The notes: generated by a model from the letters alone, not told the origin. Positions 6,335-15,107 are shown, numbered from the stretch's first letter. The stretch is 15,715 nt of DNA from Abditibacteriaceae bacterium (GCA_031425655.1 JANPJS010000176.1:1-15715); one strand, 5' to 3'. Numbers and translations: made by a program.

Positions 6335-7951
6335 ATGCGCCTTCGTTTCTCCGTTGTTTTCACCGCGCTGATTGTCGCGTTTTTGTGGCTGCCGTTTGTC
6401 TCGCTTTACGGCGCGGCGCTGTCATCGGCACTTTCGCACCCGACGCATTTTCTCGAAGCGCTTCCGCTGCGACCGCTGCAACGCTCGCTGTTTTTCAATT
6501 CACTGATGTTGTCGGCGCTGTGCGGCGCGTTCAGCCTGCTTTTTGGCGTTCCCGTCGCATTGGCGTTGGCTCGCGGGCCGCGTAAAGCACGTCCGCTAAT
6601 CGCCTTGCTAACTGCGCTGCCTTTGGCCTTGCCGCCGACATTGATGGCGACGGCGTGGCTGGAAATCACGCGCACGCCGCCCGCCCGCTCGCTGGCCTCG
6701 CTGGCGGCTGAAAGGCCGCTGCCTATCGCGCCGGTTTTTATCGCGGCACCGGTTTTGGCGCTTTGCTACTTTCCCATTGTCGCTTTTGCGCTTGCCGCTG
6801 CTTTGCGGGCTTTGCCGCTCGAAATCGAAGAAGCGGCGCGGCTTTTCGGTTCGCCGCGACGAGCGATTCGGCGCGTTTACCTGCCGCTTTTGTGGCCTGC
6901 ATTGCTGGGCGCGGCGGGTTTGTGTGGTGCCCTCGCGCTGTGGGAAATGGGCGCGCCGGATTTATTGGATGCGCGCACTTATTCAGTCGAAATTTATCGC
7001 GCGCACAGCGCCGGAGGCGAAGCAAATTTAGCGGCCTTGCGCGGTTTGCCGATGTTGGTGTTAGGCGCATTTTTGCTGTGGCCGACCATGCGCGCCTTAC
7101 GTTTTTACGACGCTGTCGGGCAGGGCAGCGCGCACCGCGAGACGCCGGTCACAACCGCCGGCGCGTTTGGACTATTTTTGGCATTTGCGCTGTTTTTGGC
7201 ATCGCCGATTGCGCCGATTGGCGTCTTTTTATCGCAGTTGCAAAGTGAGTGGCACGTTTTTCCCGAAGTGTGGCGCGCCAACTTATCGGAATTGCGAAAC
7301 ACGATTGCGCTTTCGACTTTTGCTGCGCCGTTGCTGACGATTGTCGCACTGGCACTTGTCGCAGCGTGGAAAACTTGGCCACCGCGCCAGCGCCTCGCCG
7401 CTTTAACGTTGTGCGCGCTGCCGATTTTGTTTCCGCCGATTACGCTCGGCATTGCGCTGGTCGGGTTCTTTAATCGCGATGCCTTCGCCCTTGTTTACGG
7501 AGGATTGCCGCCGACGGGCATCGCGCCGCTCGATTGGATTTATGAAAACTGCGCGCGTTATGGGATGATGGTTTTGGGCTACGCGGCGCGTTTTCTACCC
7601 CTTGTGATTGTGCTGCTTTACGAAGCAGCGCGGCGCTTGGACGACGATCTGCTCGAAGCCGCGCAAAACCTCGGAGCGTCGCCGGGCCGGGCCGCGCGCA
7701 CGATTCTCACGCCGCTTTTGCGGCCCGCGCTGATGGGCGTGGCGGCGCTTTTGTGGGCGCTGTGCGCGGCGGAACTCACGGTTTCCGTTCTGGTCAATCA
7801 GCCCGGCGGACAGACTTTGCCCGTCCCGATTTTCAACTTGATGCACATCGGCTCGACGGCCCAGGTCGCGGCGCTCTCGCTGACGCTTTTCGCATTGACG
7901 GCTTTAGCCGTCGCGGGCTTGTCATTCGCTTTAAACTGGAATCGCAAATGA
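6335..7951 (+). CDS. ABC transporter permease, fused two-domain Fe(III)/FbpB-like
   Basis: Many hydrophobic segments and two EAA loops (IEEAARLFG, LLEAAQNLGAS). The start is uncertain: ATG 6335 or TTG 6293. Confidence 0.88.
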   Translation: MRLRFSVVFTALIVAFLWLPFVSLYGAALSSALSHPTHFLEALPLRPLQRSLFFNSLMLSALCGAFSLLFGVPVALALARGPRKARPLIALLTALPLALPPTLMATAWLEITRTPPARSLASLAAERPLPIAPVFIAAPVLALCYFPIVAFALAAALRALPLEIEEAARLFGSPRRAIRRVYLPLLWPALLGAAGLCGALALWEMGAPDLLDARTYSVEIYRAHSAGGEANLAALRGLPMLVLGAFLLWPTMRALRFYDAVGQGSAHRETPVTTAGAFGLFLAFALFLASPIAPIGVFLSQLQSEWHVFPEVWRANLSELRNTIALSTFAAPLLTIVALALVAAWKTWPPRQRLAALTLCALPILFPPITLGIALVGFFNRDAFALVYGGLPPTGIAPLDWIYENCARYGMMVLGYAARFLPLVIVLLYEAARRLDDDLLEAAQNLGASPGRAARTILTPLLRPALMGVAALLWALCAAELTVSVLVNQPGGQTLPVPIFNLMHIGSTAQVAALSLTLFALTALAVAGLSFALNWNRK

Positions 7952-8646
7952 ACTGGGAACTTTTCGACGAACAATGGCGGCGGCGCTACGAATATGCTAC
8001 TTTGGCGGTGCTGACCGAAATCCTCGCGTATGCTGTGCCGGATACCAGCGCCGAAGAATTTGCGTGGCGATGGCGTTGTGCCCGACTTTTACACTTTGAG
8101 GGAATGTTAGCCGACGAAGAAAGCGATGCCTCTGCGGGACAAGTTGCAAGTCTTTTCATCAGTGGCGCTGAACACGCCAAACGCGCCGTTGAGATTAGCA
8201 AGCACGGCGTCGAAGGGCAGTTTTGGTTAGGCGTGAACGCATTGGAAGCTGGACGGCGCAAAGGCGCTTTAGCGGCGGGCGCGGCGTTGTCATCGGCGTC
8301 CAAAAACATCGAGCGCGCCATGAAAATCAGCGAAGAATATCATTTCGCCGGGCCGGTGCGCGTGTGGGGCCGTATTCAACACTTGAAGCCGCTGATTTTG
8401 GGTGGCAGCCTCGACCGCGCCCACGAATGCTTCCGCCGCGCCTTGCAAATATCGCCTGATAATTCCACGACGCTGCTTTATTACGCCGAAGCGTTGTGGG
8501 CCGACCGCCAGCCCAAACCCGCGCGCGAACTCTGCGAAAAAATTATAAGTGCGCCAAACGACCCCAATTGGATATGGGAACAAGCGCGCGACCGGCGGTT
8601 GGCGGCAAAACTGCTGGAAGAAATCAATCGTTCGCGGGACACTTGA
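7948..8646 (+). CDS. TPR-like helical repeat protein (resembles TatT-component-like proteins)
   Basis: TPR-like repeats AEHAKRAVEISKHGVEGQFWLG and AHECFRRALQISPDNSTTLLYYAEAL, plus YHFAGPVRVWGR. ATGA overlap with the permease stop. Confidence 0.7.
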   Translation: MNWELFDEQWRRRYEYATLAVLTEILAYAVPDTSAEEFAWRWRCARLLHFEGMLADEESDASAGQVASLFISGAEHAKRAVEISKHGVEGQFWLGVNALEAGRRKGALAAGAALSSASKNIERAMKISEEYHFAGPVRVWGRIQHLKPLILGGSLDRAHECFRRALQISPDNSTTLLYYAEALWADRQPKPARELCEKIISAPNDPNWIWEQARDRRLAAKLLEEINRSRDT

Positions 8647-8714
8647 AGTGCCGAGTGCGGAATTCGGAGTGCGAAGTTTTGCATTCCGAATCCCTCACTC
8701 CGAATTTCGCATTT
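8647..8714. repeat. Heptamer-periodic imperfect inverted repeat
   Basis: AGTGCCG AGTGCGG AATTCGG AGTGCGA AGTTTTG followed by CATTCCG AATCCCT CACTCCG AATTTCG CATTT. TGCGGAATTCGGAGTG pairs with CACTCCGAATTTCGCA. Confidence 0.8.
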
Positions 8715-8717
8715 GAT

Positions 8718-10013
8718 ATGAAAAAAGCTGTGATTACGGGAATCGGCGTGGTTTCGCCGTTTGGATTGGGATGGACAAATTGGGTTGAAGGCTTGCGAAG
8801 CGGCGCGTCGGGCACGCGCCGCTTAACTTTGTTCGACCCGTTATGCCCTGTCGCGGTTTACGGCGTGAAACACGAAACGCCGGTGCGCGCCGATGCGCCG
8901 CTTGCCTGCCACGTCGCGGGTGAAGTGCCCGATTTCAACGCGCGCGATTGGATGGATGCCAAAGATTTGCCGCGTGTGCCGCGCGTGGTGCCGATGGCCT
9001 TAGCCGCCGCGCGCGAAGCCCTGCAAAGCGCCGGTTTACACGAACTTTCGCAAGCCGAAAAAGGCGAAATAGACGTGGTTATCGGTTCGGGCGGCGGCGG
9101 TTTTTCTTTCGCTGAAGAACAGTTCGCACGCTGGTATGGCAACGGGCACGAGCCGTTTTCGCCTTATGTGATTTCATCGGCTATCGCCGGAATGGTGTCG
9201 TCGGAAATTTCCATCGCGCACGGTTTTCGCGGACGTTCGCACACATTATCCAACGGTTGCACAAGCTCCAGTGACGCGCTGGGCAACGCCTTAGATTTGA
9301 TACGCAACGGACGCGCGACCACGATTTTATGCGGCGGCGCCGATGCCGCCGTCACGCCCGGAATCATGGCCGGGTTTTGTTTAATGCGCGCTGTGCCCAC
9401 CAAATATAACGACACGCCATACATGGCTTCGCGCCCTTTCGACCGCGACCGCGACGGCTTTGTCTTAGGCGAAGGTGCATGGCTCATTGTCGTCGAAGAA
9501 CGTGAACACGCCCTTGCGCGTGGCGCGACAATCTGGGCCGAAATCGCGGGTTACGGCGCGACTTGCGAAGCCTATCATCGCGTCATGCTTGGCACGCCCG
9601 ACGAAGCGGCGCGAGCCATGAAATTAGCCTTGCGCGATGCCGAAATCAGCGCCGAGCAAATTGATTATGTGAATCTGCATGGCACGGCGACGGCCCTCAA
9701 TGATCCTCTTGAAACCGCTGCGGTGAAAATGGCTTTAGACGAACGCGCCGCACAGATTCCGATGAGTTCGACGAAATCGCAAATCGGGCATCCGCAAGGC
9801 GCCAGCGGCGCAGCGGGCGTTTGCGCCACCATCGCCGCCATGCACGAAGGCTTCGCGCCGCCGACAATTAATCTCGAAAACCCTGACCCGCTCTGTGACC
9901 TCGATTATGTGCCGAACCAATCGCGCCCTACACACATCGAAACCGCGCTTTGCAACTGCTTGGGTTTCGGTTCGAAAAACAGTGCGCTGATTCTCCGGCG
10001 TTCCGCCGCCTAA
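8718..10013 (+). CDS. fabF: Beta-ketoacyl-ACP synthase II (FabF/KS-alpha-like ketosynthase)
   Basis: VITGIGVVSPFG, catalytic Cys in SNGCTSS, ASRPFDRDRDGFVLGEGA, His in NLHGTAT, His in STKSQIGHPQGASG, and GFGSKNSALI. Start at ATG 8718; the upstream ORF extension runs through the repeat. Confidence 0.9.
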   Translation: MKKAVITGIGVVSPFGLGWTNWVEGLRSGASGTRRLTLFDPLCPVAVYGVKHETPVRADAPLACHVAGEVPDFNARDWMDAKDLPRVPRVVPMALAAAREALQSAGLHELSQAEKGEIDVVIGSGGGGFSFAEEQFARWYGNGHEPFSPYVISSAIAGMVSSEISIAHGFRGRSHTLSNGCTSSSDALGNALDLIRNGRATTILCGGADAAVTPGIMAGFCLMRAVPTKYNDTPYMASRPFDRDRDGFVLGEGAWLIVVEEREHALARGATIWAEIAGYGATCEAYHRVMLGTPDEAARAMKLALRDAEISAEQIDYVNLHGTATALNDPLETAAVKMALDERAAQIPMSSTKSQIGHPQGASGAAGVCATIAAMHEGFAPPTINLENPDPLCDLDYVPNQSRPTHIETALCNCLGFGSKNSALILRRSAA

Positions 10014-10016
10014 TTC

Positions 10017-10718
10017 ATGCTCCGACTTCCTCAATCCAACCGCGAAGAATTGCTCGATTTAAATCGCGGCACGTTAGATGATGTGCGCCAGTCGCTGGCC
10101 GATATTCGGCGCATCAACGCTTGGTTGGGTGGCACGCGTGTGATATGCAACGGCGTCTTCGAGGTTTTGGAAAAGCGCGGTCTCAAAAGCGCGATAATTT
10201 TAGATGTCGGCACCGGCTCGGCGGATATTCCACAGCGTTTAGTGAAACTGGGGGAAACACGAGGTTTAGCGTTAAAGGTGTTAGCTTTGGACGTGAACGA
10301 GCGGCATCTGCAAATCGCGCGCGAATACGTCGGCGGCAGCAGCGAAATCGAATTGGTGCGGGGCAATGCTTTTTCGCTGCCGATGGAAAATAACAGTGTG
10401 GATGTTGTTGTCGCTTCGCTGTTTTTGCATCATTTTCGCGCGCCGGAAATTCTGCAAATTCTCCATGAATGGGAGCGCGTGGCGCGCGTCGGCTGGATAG
10501 CGAATGATCTTGTGCGGCATCCTCTGGCCTTAGCGTTTTTCCGCGCGACGGGGCCGATGTTCGCGCGCAATTATCTCACGCGCCACGACGGTGCGGCTTC
10601 GATCCGACGCGCTTATACCGTTGAGGAGATGCACGAAATTGTGCGCCGCGATTTTCCCGATGCGCGCGTGCGCGGGCACTTTCCTTACCGGCTTTCGATT
10701 GCGTGTGAGAAACCATGA
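10017..10718 (+). CDS. Class I SAM-dependent methyltransferase
   Basis: Motif I ILDVGTGSADI, plus DVVVASLFLHHF, NDLVRH and TRHDGAASIRRAYT. Confidence 0.9.
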   Translation: MLRLPQSNREELLDLNRGTLDDVRQSLADIRRINAWLGGTRVICNGVFEVLEKRGLKSAIILDVGTGSADIPQRLVKLGETRGLALKVLALDVNERHLQIAREYVGGSSEIELVRGNAFSLPMENNSVDVVVASLFLHHFRAPEILQILHEWERVARVGWIANDLVRHPLALAFFRATGPMFARNYLTRHDGAASIRRAYTVEEMHEIVRRDFPDARVRGHFPYRLSIACEKP

Positions 10719-11821
10719 AAGCGTTCGATGCGGTTGTCATCGGCGGCGGATTGGCCGGATCGTGCGCGGCCTTTCATCTGGCGCGGCGCGGCGTGCGCGT
10801 GGCTGTTCTCGAAGCCGGAAATTTCCCACGTCACAAGGTATGTGGCGAGTTTCTCTCGCCCGAAAGCCGCAAGATATTCGCACGTTTGGGCGTCGAAGAA
10901 AAGCTGCTCGCGGCGGGCGCCCGCGAAGTTTGGGCGGCGCGCTTATTCGTGCCGGACGGACGCTTGGTCGAAGTGCCTCTGACCGCGCCCGCGCTGGCAA
11001 TTTCGCGTCATGCGCTGGACGAAATTCTCTGGAATAACGCGCGCGAGTCCGGCGCGCATGGTTTTGACAACACGCGCGTGCGTGCCATCGAAAGGAACGG
11101 CGCGTTTCGGCTACAGACAGCGCGCGGTGAATTTTACGCTCAAGCTGTTATCGAAGCGCGCGGGCGAGCGGCGATGGGCGGCGACGGGCAAAAATCCGCT
11201 AAAAAAGGGCGGTTTTTTGGCCTGAAAGCGCACTGGCGCGGCGCACAACTGGAAAGCGGCGTGACGGAACTACACGTCTTTCGCGGCGGTTATTGTGGCT
11301 TGGTGCGCGTCGAAGGCGATTTAACCAATATATGCCTGCTGGCGCGCTACGAAACATGGCAGCGCAGTGGCGCGCGTTCGCCGGTCGAATTGTTTGACTG
11401 GGTTTTGCAGCAATGTCCGGCGCTTGCGCGGCGCGTTTCGACGGGCGAAATTGCGATGTCGTGGCTGGCGACGGGCAACATTGCGTTTAGCAGAGCTTTA
11501 CCGTTAAAGGACGGGATTTTTCGCGGCGGCGATGCGGCGGGTTTTATCCATCCGTTAAGTGGCGACGGCATGGCGATGGCTTTGCGCGGCGGCGAATTGG
11601 CAGCCGCGACAACAGCCGCGCAGTTGCGTGATGGCTTGCCTGCTGAAGACGCCGCGCAAATTTATAATGGTGCGTGGCGCCGCGAATTAGCGCCGCGATT
11701 GGGCTGGGCGCGCGGAATTGCGCCGCTGTTTTTGAATCCCGGCCCGGCTCGCGTGGCGTTGCCCTTCGCTCAGGCTTTTCCCGGTGTCCTGCGATTTCTG
11801 TTAAACAAAACGCGCGGTTGA
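10715..11821 (+). CDS. NAD(P)/FAD-dependent oxidoreductase (geranylgeranyl reductase/flavin monooxygenase-like)
   Basis: Rossmann motif VIGGGLAG, FPRHKVCGEFLS and GDAAGFIHPLSGDGMAMA. ATGA overlap with the methyltransferase. Confidence 0.9.
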   Translation: MKAFDAVVIGGGLAGSCAAFHLARRGVRVAVLEAGNFPRHKVCGEFLSPESRKIFARLGVEEKLLAAGAREVWAARLFVPDGRLVEVPLTAPALAISRHALDEILWNNARESGAHGFDNTRVRAIERNGAFRLQTARGEFYAQAVIEARGRAAMGGDGQKSAKKGRFFGLKAHWRGAQLESGVTELHVFRGGYCGLVRVEGDLTNICLLARYETWQRSGARSPVELFDWVLQQCPALARRVSTGEIAMSWLATGNIAFSRALPLKDGIFRGGDAAGFIHPLSGDGMAMALRGGELAAATTAAQLRDGLPAEDAAQIYNGAWRRELAPRLGWARGIAPLFLNPGPARVALPFAQAFPGVLRFLLNKTRG

Positions 11822-11829
11822 GGAATTCT

Positions 11830-13155
11830 ATGAAATTAGCGGTCATCGGAACGGGTTATGTCGGTTTAGTGGCGGGCGTGTGCTTCGCCGAGGCGGGCAA
11901 CGATGTGATCTGCGTGGATGTGGACGAAGCCAAGTTAGAGCGTCTGCGCGGCGGCGAGCTAACAATTTACGAGCCGGGTTTAGATCATCTTTTCAAGCGC
12001 AATATGCGCGAAGATCGCCTGACTTTCACTACGGATTTAGCCGATGCCGTAATGCGCAGCGAGATTCTTTTTTTAGCTTTGCCCACGCCTCCGGGCGCCG
12101 ATGGCGCGGCGGATTTAAGTTTCGTGTTGGGCGCGGCGGAAAAAATCGGCGCTCTGCTAACCGAGGCCAGCGCTTACAAAGTTGTTGTCACCAAAAGCAC
12201 GGTTCCGGTCGGCACGGCGGATAAAGTGCGCGAAGCCGTGTCGCGCCACGCGCGCGGCGGGTTCGATGTGGTTTCCAACCCAGAGTTTTTGCGCGAAGGC
12301 GTGGCCGTCGAGGATTTCATGAAACCCGAACGTGTCATTATCGGCACCGAAAGTTCGCGCGCCGAGACGATGATGCGCGAGTTGTATCATCCGTTTTTAC
12401 TGTCGGGCAACCCGCTTCTGGTGATGGACAACCGCTCCGCCGAAGTTACCAAATACGCCGCCAACTCGATGCTGGCCTTGCGCATTTCGTTTATGAACGA
12501 CATCGCCAACTTGTGCGCCAGTTGCGGCGCCGATGTGGACAAAGTGCGTCTCGGCGTGGGCCTCGATTCGCGCATCGGCAAGCGTTTTTTGTTTCCCGGC
12601 ATCGGATACGGCGGAAGCTGCTTTCCCAAAGACGTGCAGGCGTTGATTGCCACCGGACGGGCGCACGGCGCGCCGCAGCGTTTGCTCGAAGCGACCGAAG
12701 CGATCAATCAAGACCAAAAGCAAGTGCTTGTTCCGCGCATCATGGAGCATTTCAACGGCGACATCAGCGGACGCAAATTCGCGTTGTGGGGCTTGGCCTT
12801 TAAGCCGAATACCGACGATATGCGCGAGGCTCCATCGCTGACGCTGATTGAAGAATTGACGGCGCGCGGCGCACGCATTAGCGCTTATGACCCGGAAGCC
12901 ACCGAAGTCGCGCGCCGCGTTATCGGCGATAAAATCGAGTTTGTAGGGCGCCACTACGAAGCCTGCGAAGGCGCCGACGCGCTGATTATCGCAACCGAGT
13001 GGAACAAGTTCCGCGAGCCGGATTTCAATTATCTCAAGGAATTGTTGAACGAGCCGATCATTTTCGACGGGCGCAATGTCTACGAACTCGACACCATGCA
13101 GCGCCACGGCTTCACTTATTATTCCATCGGCAGGCCCGTTGTGCGCGCCGTCTAA
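11830..13155 (+). CDS. ugd: UDP-glucose 6-dehydrogenase (UDP-glucose/GDP-mannose dehydrogenase family)
   Basis: VIGTGYVGL, TKSTVPVGT, SNPEFLREG, KYAANSMLA, catalytic GYGGSCFPKD and GLAFKPNTDDMRE. SD GAGGA precedes ATG 11830. Confidence 0.96.
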   Translation: MKLAVIGTGYVGLVAGVCFAEAGNDVICVDVDEAKLERLRGGELTIYEPGLDHLFKRNMREDRLTFTTDLADAVMRSEILFLALPTPPGADGAADLSFVLGAAEKIGALLTEASAYKVVVTKSTVPVGTADKVREAVSRHARGGFDVVSNPEFLREGVAVEDFMKPERVIIGTESSRAETMMRELYHPFLLSGNPLLVMDNRSAEVTKYAANSMLALRISFMNDIANLCASCGADVDKVRLGVGLDSRIGKRFLFPGIGYGGSCFPKDVQALIATGRAHGAPQRLLEATEAINQDQKQVLVPRIMEHFNGDISGRKFALWGLAFKPNTDDMREAPSLTLIEELTARGARISAYDPEATEVARRVIGDKIEFVGRHYEACEGADALIIATEWNKFREPDFNYLKELLNEPIIFDGRNVYELDTMQRHGFTYYSIGRPVVRAV

Positions 13156-13169
13156 CCCGGAAAATCATC

Positions 13170-14075
13170 ATGCCAACCCGCATTCTCTCCGATGAGCAGA
13201 TTGAGCAGTTTCTCACGCGCGGCCACGTCGTTTTGCGCGAATGTTTTCCGCGCGAAGTGGCGCAGGAATGGGTCGCGCGCGGCTTCACGCGATTAGGCTA
13301 CGATTTGGAAAACCCGGCGACTTGGGCCGAAAAGCGCATTCATATGCCGACGGTGCAATTTGCCAACGTCCAAGAATTTGCGCCGCAGGTTTTTCAAGCG
13401 ATGGGCGAATTAGTCGGCGGAATCGAACGCATTGAAGCGCCGCGCTGGGGCGACGGGTTCATTTGTAATCTGGGAATCGGCGCCGACCGGGCATGGGACG
13501 CGCCGTCGCCGCAAGTCAAAGGCTGGCACAAAGACGGCGATTTTTTTCGCCATTTTCTCAATTCGCCCGAACAAGGCTTGCTGGTTATCGTGCTGTGGAC
13601 GGACATTGAGCCGCAGGGCGGCGGCACTTTCGTGGCGTGCGATTCGATTCCATTTGTGGCGCGCTTTTTGGCAGCGCGGCCCGAAGGCGTGCTGCCAAAC
13701 GGATTCGATTTTCAGGAACTGGTCAGCGAATGCCATGACTTTATCGAAGTCACGGGCCGCGCCGGCGACGTGGTTTTAATTCATCCTTTTGTGTTGCACA
13801 GCGCTTCGCAAAACCATCGTAGCACCGCGCGCCTGATTACCAATCCGCCCATTCATCTGCGCGAGCCGATGAATTTCAACCGCGAAAACGCGGCGGATTT
13901 CTCGCTTGTCGAACGCGCTATTTTGCGGGGTTTGGGTGTTGAACGCCTTGATTTCGTGCCGCAATCGTCGCGCGAACGCATTGTTCCCGAACGCGTGCGG
14001 CGTCAGCAAAAAATGCTCGAAGAAGAAAAAGCGCGGCTGTCAGCGGTTGGTATCGAGAATGCTTCGCGGGCTTGA
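13170..14075 (+). CDS. Phytanoyl-CoA dioxygenase (PhyH)-like Fe(II)/2-oxoglutarate dioxygenase family protein
   Basis: LSDEQIEQFLTRGHVVLRECF, HxD motif WHKDG, GGGT, and distal His in GRAGDVVLIHPFVLHSAS. Start at ATG 13170. Confidence 0.82.
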   Translation: MPTRILSDEQIEQFLTRGHVVLRECFPREVAQEWVARGFTRLGYDLENPATWAEKRIHMPTVQFANVQEFAPQVFQAMGELVGGIERIEAPRWGDGFICNLGIGADRAWDAPSPQVKGWHKDGDFFRHFLNSPEQGLLVIVLWTDIEPQGGGTFVACDSIPFVARFLAARPEGVLPNGFDFQELVSECHDFIEVTGRAGDVVLIHPFVLHSASQNHRSTARLITNPPIHLREPMNFNRENAADFSLVERAILRGLGVERLDFVPQSSRERIVPERVRRQQKMLEEEKARLSAVGIENASRA

Positions 14076-14153
14076 GTCGCAACGATCTGCACGGAATTTA
14101 ATGTGCGAACCGCTTCGCAAAGAATTCTTGTTTTAATCACCTATCAGGCGATT

Positions 14154-14795
14154 CTACTGGCGCATAAATTCGGCGTCGGTCTGCACGTTGAGGTAGGTTT
14201 GCACTTCGCCCACGGCTCCTGAAGTCGCCATGCGCCCCGGACGGAGCAGCGTTTCATGGGCTTTGCTGCCTTCGCTGCCTTCGCCGCTGCTGAGTTTCAG
14301 CGCACCTTCGCGAACCCAGGCTTGCGTGCGGCCATTTTTCACTTTCATCATGAAAATCGCATCGCGCACCGACGCGACGGCGGTCGGCGTTTCGATTTCA
14401 AATTTCGATTGAGGCGACAAAGCTTTGGCAAGACTCACGAAAATCGTGCCGTAATGGAGACGAAATTGGCTGATGTCGGCCTTTTTCGCCATGATGTAGT
14501 TGGATTTGCGCACCACGAGGTTGCTATCTGGCTGGATTTGAAGGCGCGTGCCGTCGGCCCATTGAAGTTCGACTTTGCCGTCTGCACCGGTTCTAATTGT
14601 GTCTGCGGATTTGATGGATTCGCCGGCGTTTAAGGGCGTGAAAGCGCCTGCTCCGTCGTGTTGCACCAGCACTTTTCCTGTGACGGCTACGGCTGTGGCC
14701 GGGCGCCTGCCTACGAAGAGTGATTGGGCCAGTAGCGCAAAAACTATGACTAAAATTATCGCGTTGGCAAAGATCAAATAAGTAGAACGCCGCAT
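14154..14795 (-). CDS. FecR-domain-containing protein with N-terminal membrane anchor
   Basis: N-terminal hydrophobic helix, then DTIRTGADGKVELQWADGTRLQIQPDS, FEIETPTAVASVR and VREGAL. Start at ATG 14795 with GGAG upstream. Confidence 0.85.
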   Translation of the reverse strand: MRRSTYLIFANAIILVIVFALLAQSLFVGRRPATAVAVTGKVLVQHDGAGAFTPLNAGESIKSADTIRTGADGKVELQWADGTRLQIQPDSNLVVRKSNYIMAKKADISQFRLHYGTIFVSLAKALSPQSKFEIETPTAVASVRDAIFMMKVKNGRTQAWVREGALKLSSGEGSEGSKAHETLLRPGRMATSGAVGEVQTYLNVQTDAEFMRQ

Positions 14796-14971
14796 AACAT
14801 TCTTCTCCGCATATTCGCAAAATCTCCGCGTTAGACCGAACAACCGGCAGCGTGTTCAATACGAAAAAGTCGAGATGGCAGCCGATAAATGAAATTATGC
14901 CCGTGGCAGCGAATTTTCAATCGCATCCGCGAAAAAGTTCTTTTACAACTCGTCTTACGCGGTCTCGCCGC

Positions 14972-15107
14972 TTTCAACGGTAAGGCGGAAAGAACGGGAA
15001 GACGGGAAATCTTGAGAGTTGACGAGGCGAAAAAAACAGAGAAGGTTGATGTCCGCCCGCCCAAAGCACTCACATCTCTTCCCGTTTTTTCCGTCTTCCC
15101 GTTGAAA
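14972..15107. repeat. REP/MITE-like inverted repeat, 31-bp arms built from CGGGAAGA-like units
   Basis: TTTCAACGGTAAGGCGGAAAGAACGGGAAGA (14972-15002) pairs with TCTTCCCGTTTTTTCCGTCTTCCCGTTGAAA (15077-15107). There are 3 mismatches (two are G-T) and a 74-nt spacer. Confidence 0.85.

Noticed and set aside
8496..8717. N-terminal ORF extensions of fabF (and likewise doc, TPR, ugd and the dioxygenase)
   Set aside because: The extensions overlap upstream genes or the repeat, and family-typical N-termini begin at the downstream ATGs.
14104..14134. Terminator between the convergent dioxygenase and FecR genes
   Set aside because: There is only a 6-bp stem (TGCGAA-CCGC-TTCGCA) without an immediately adjacent U-tract, too weak to call.
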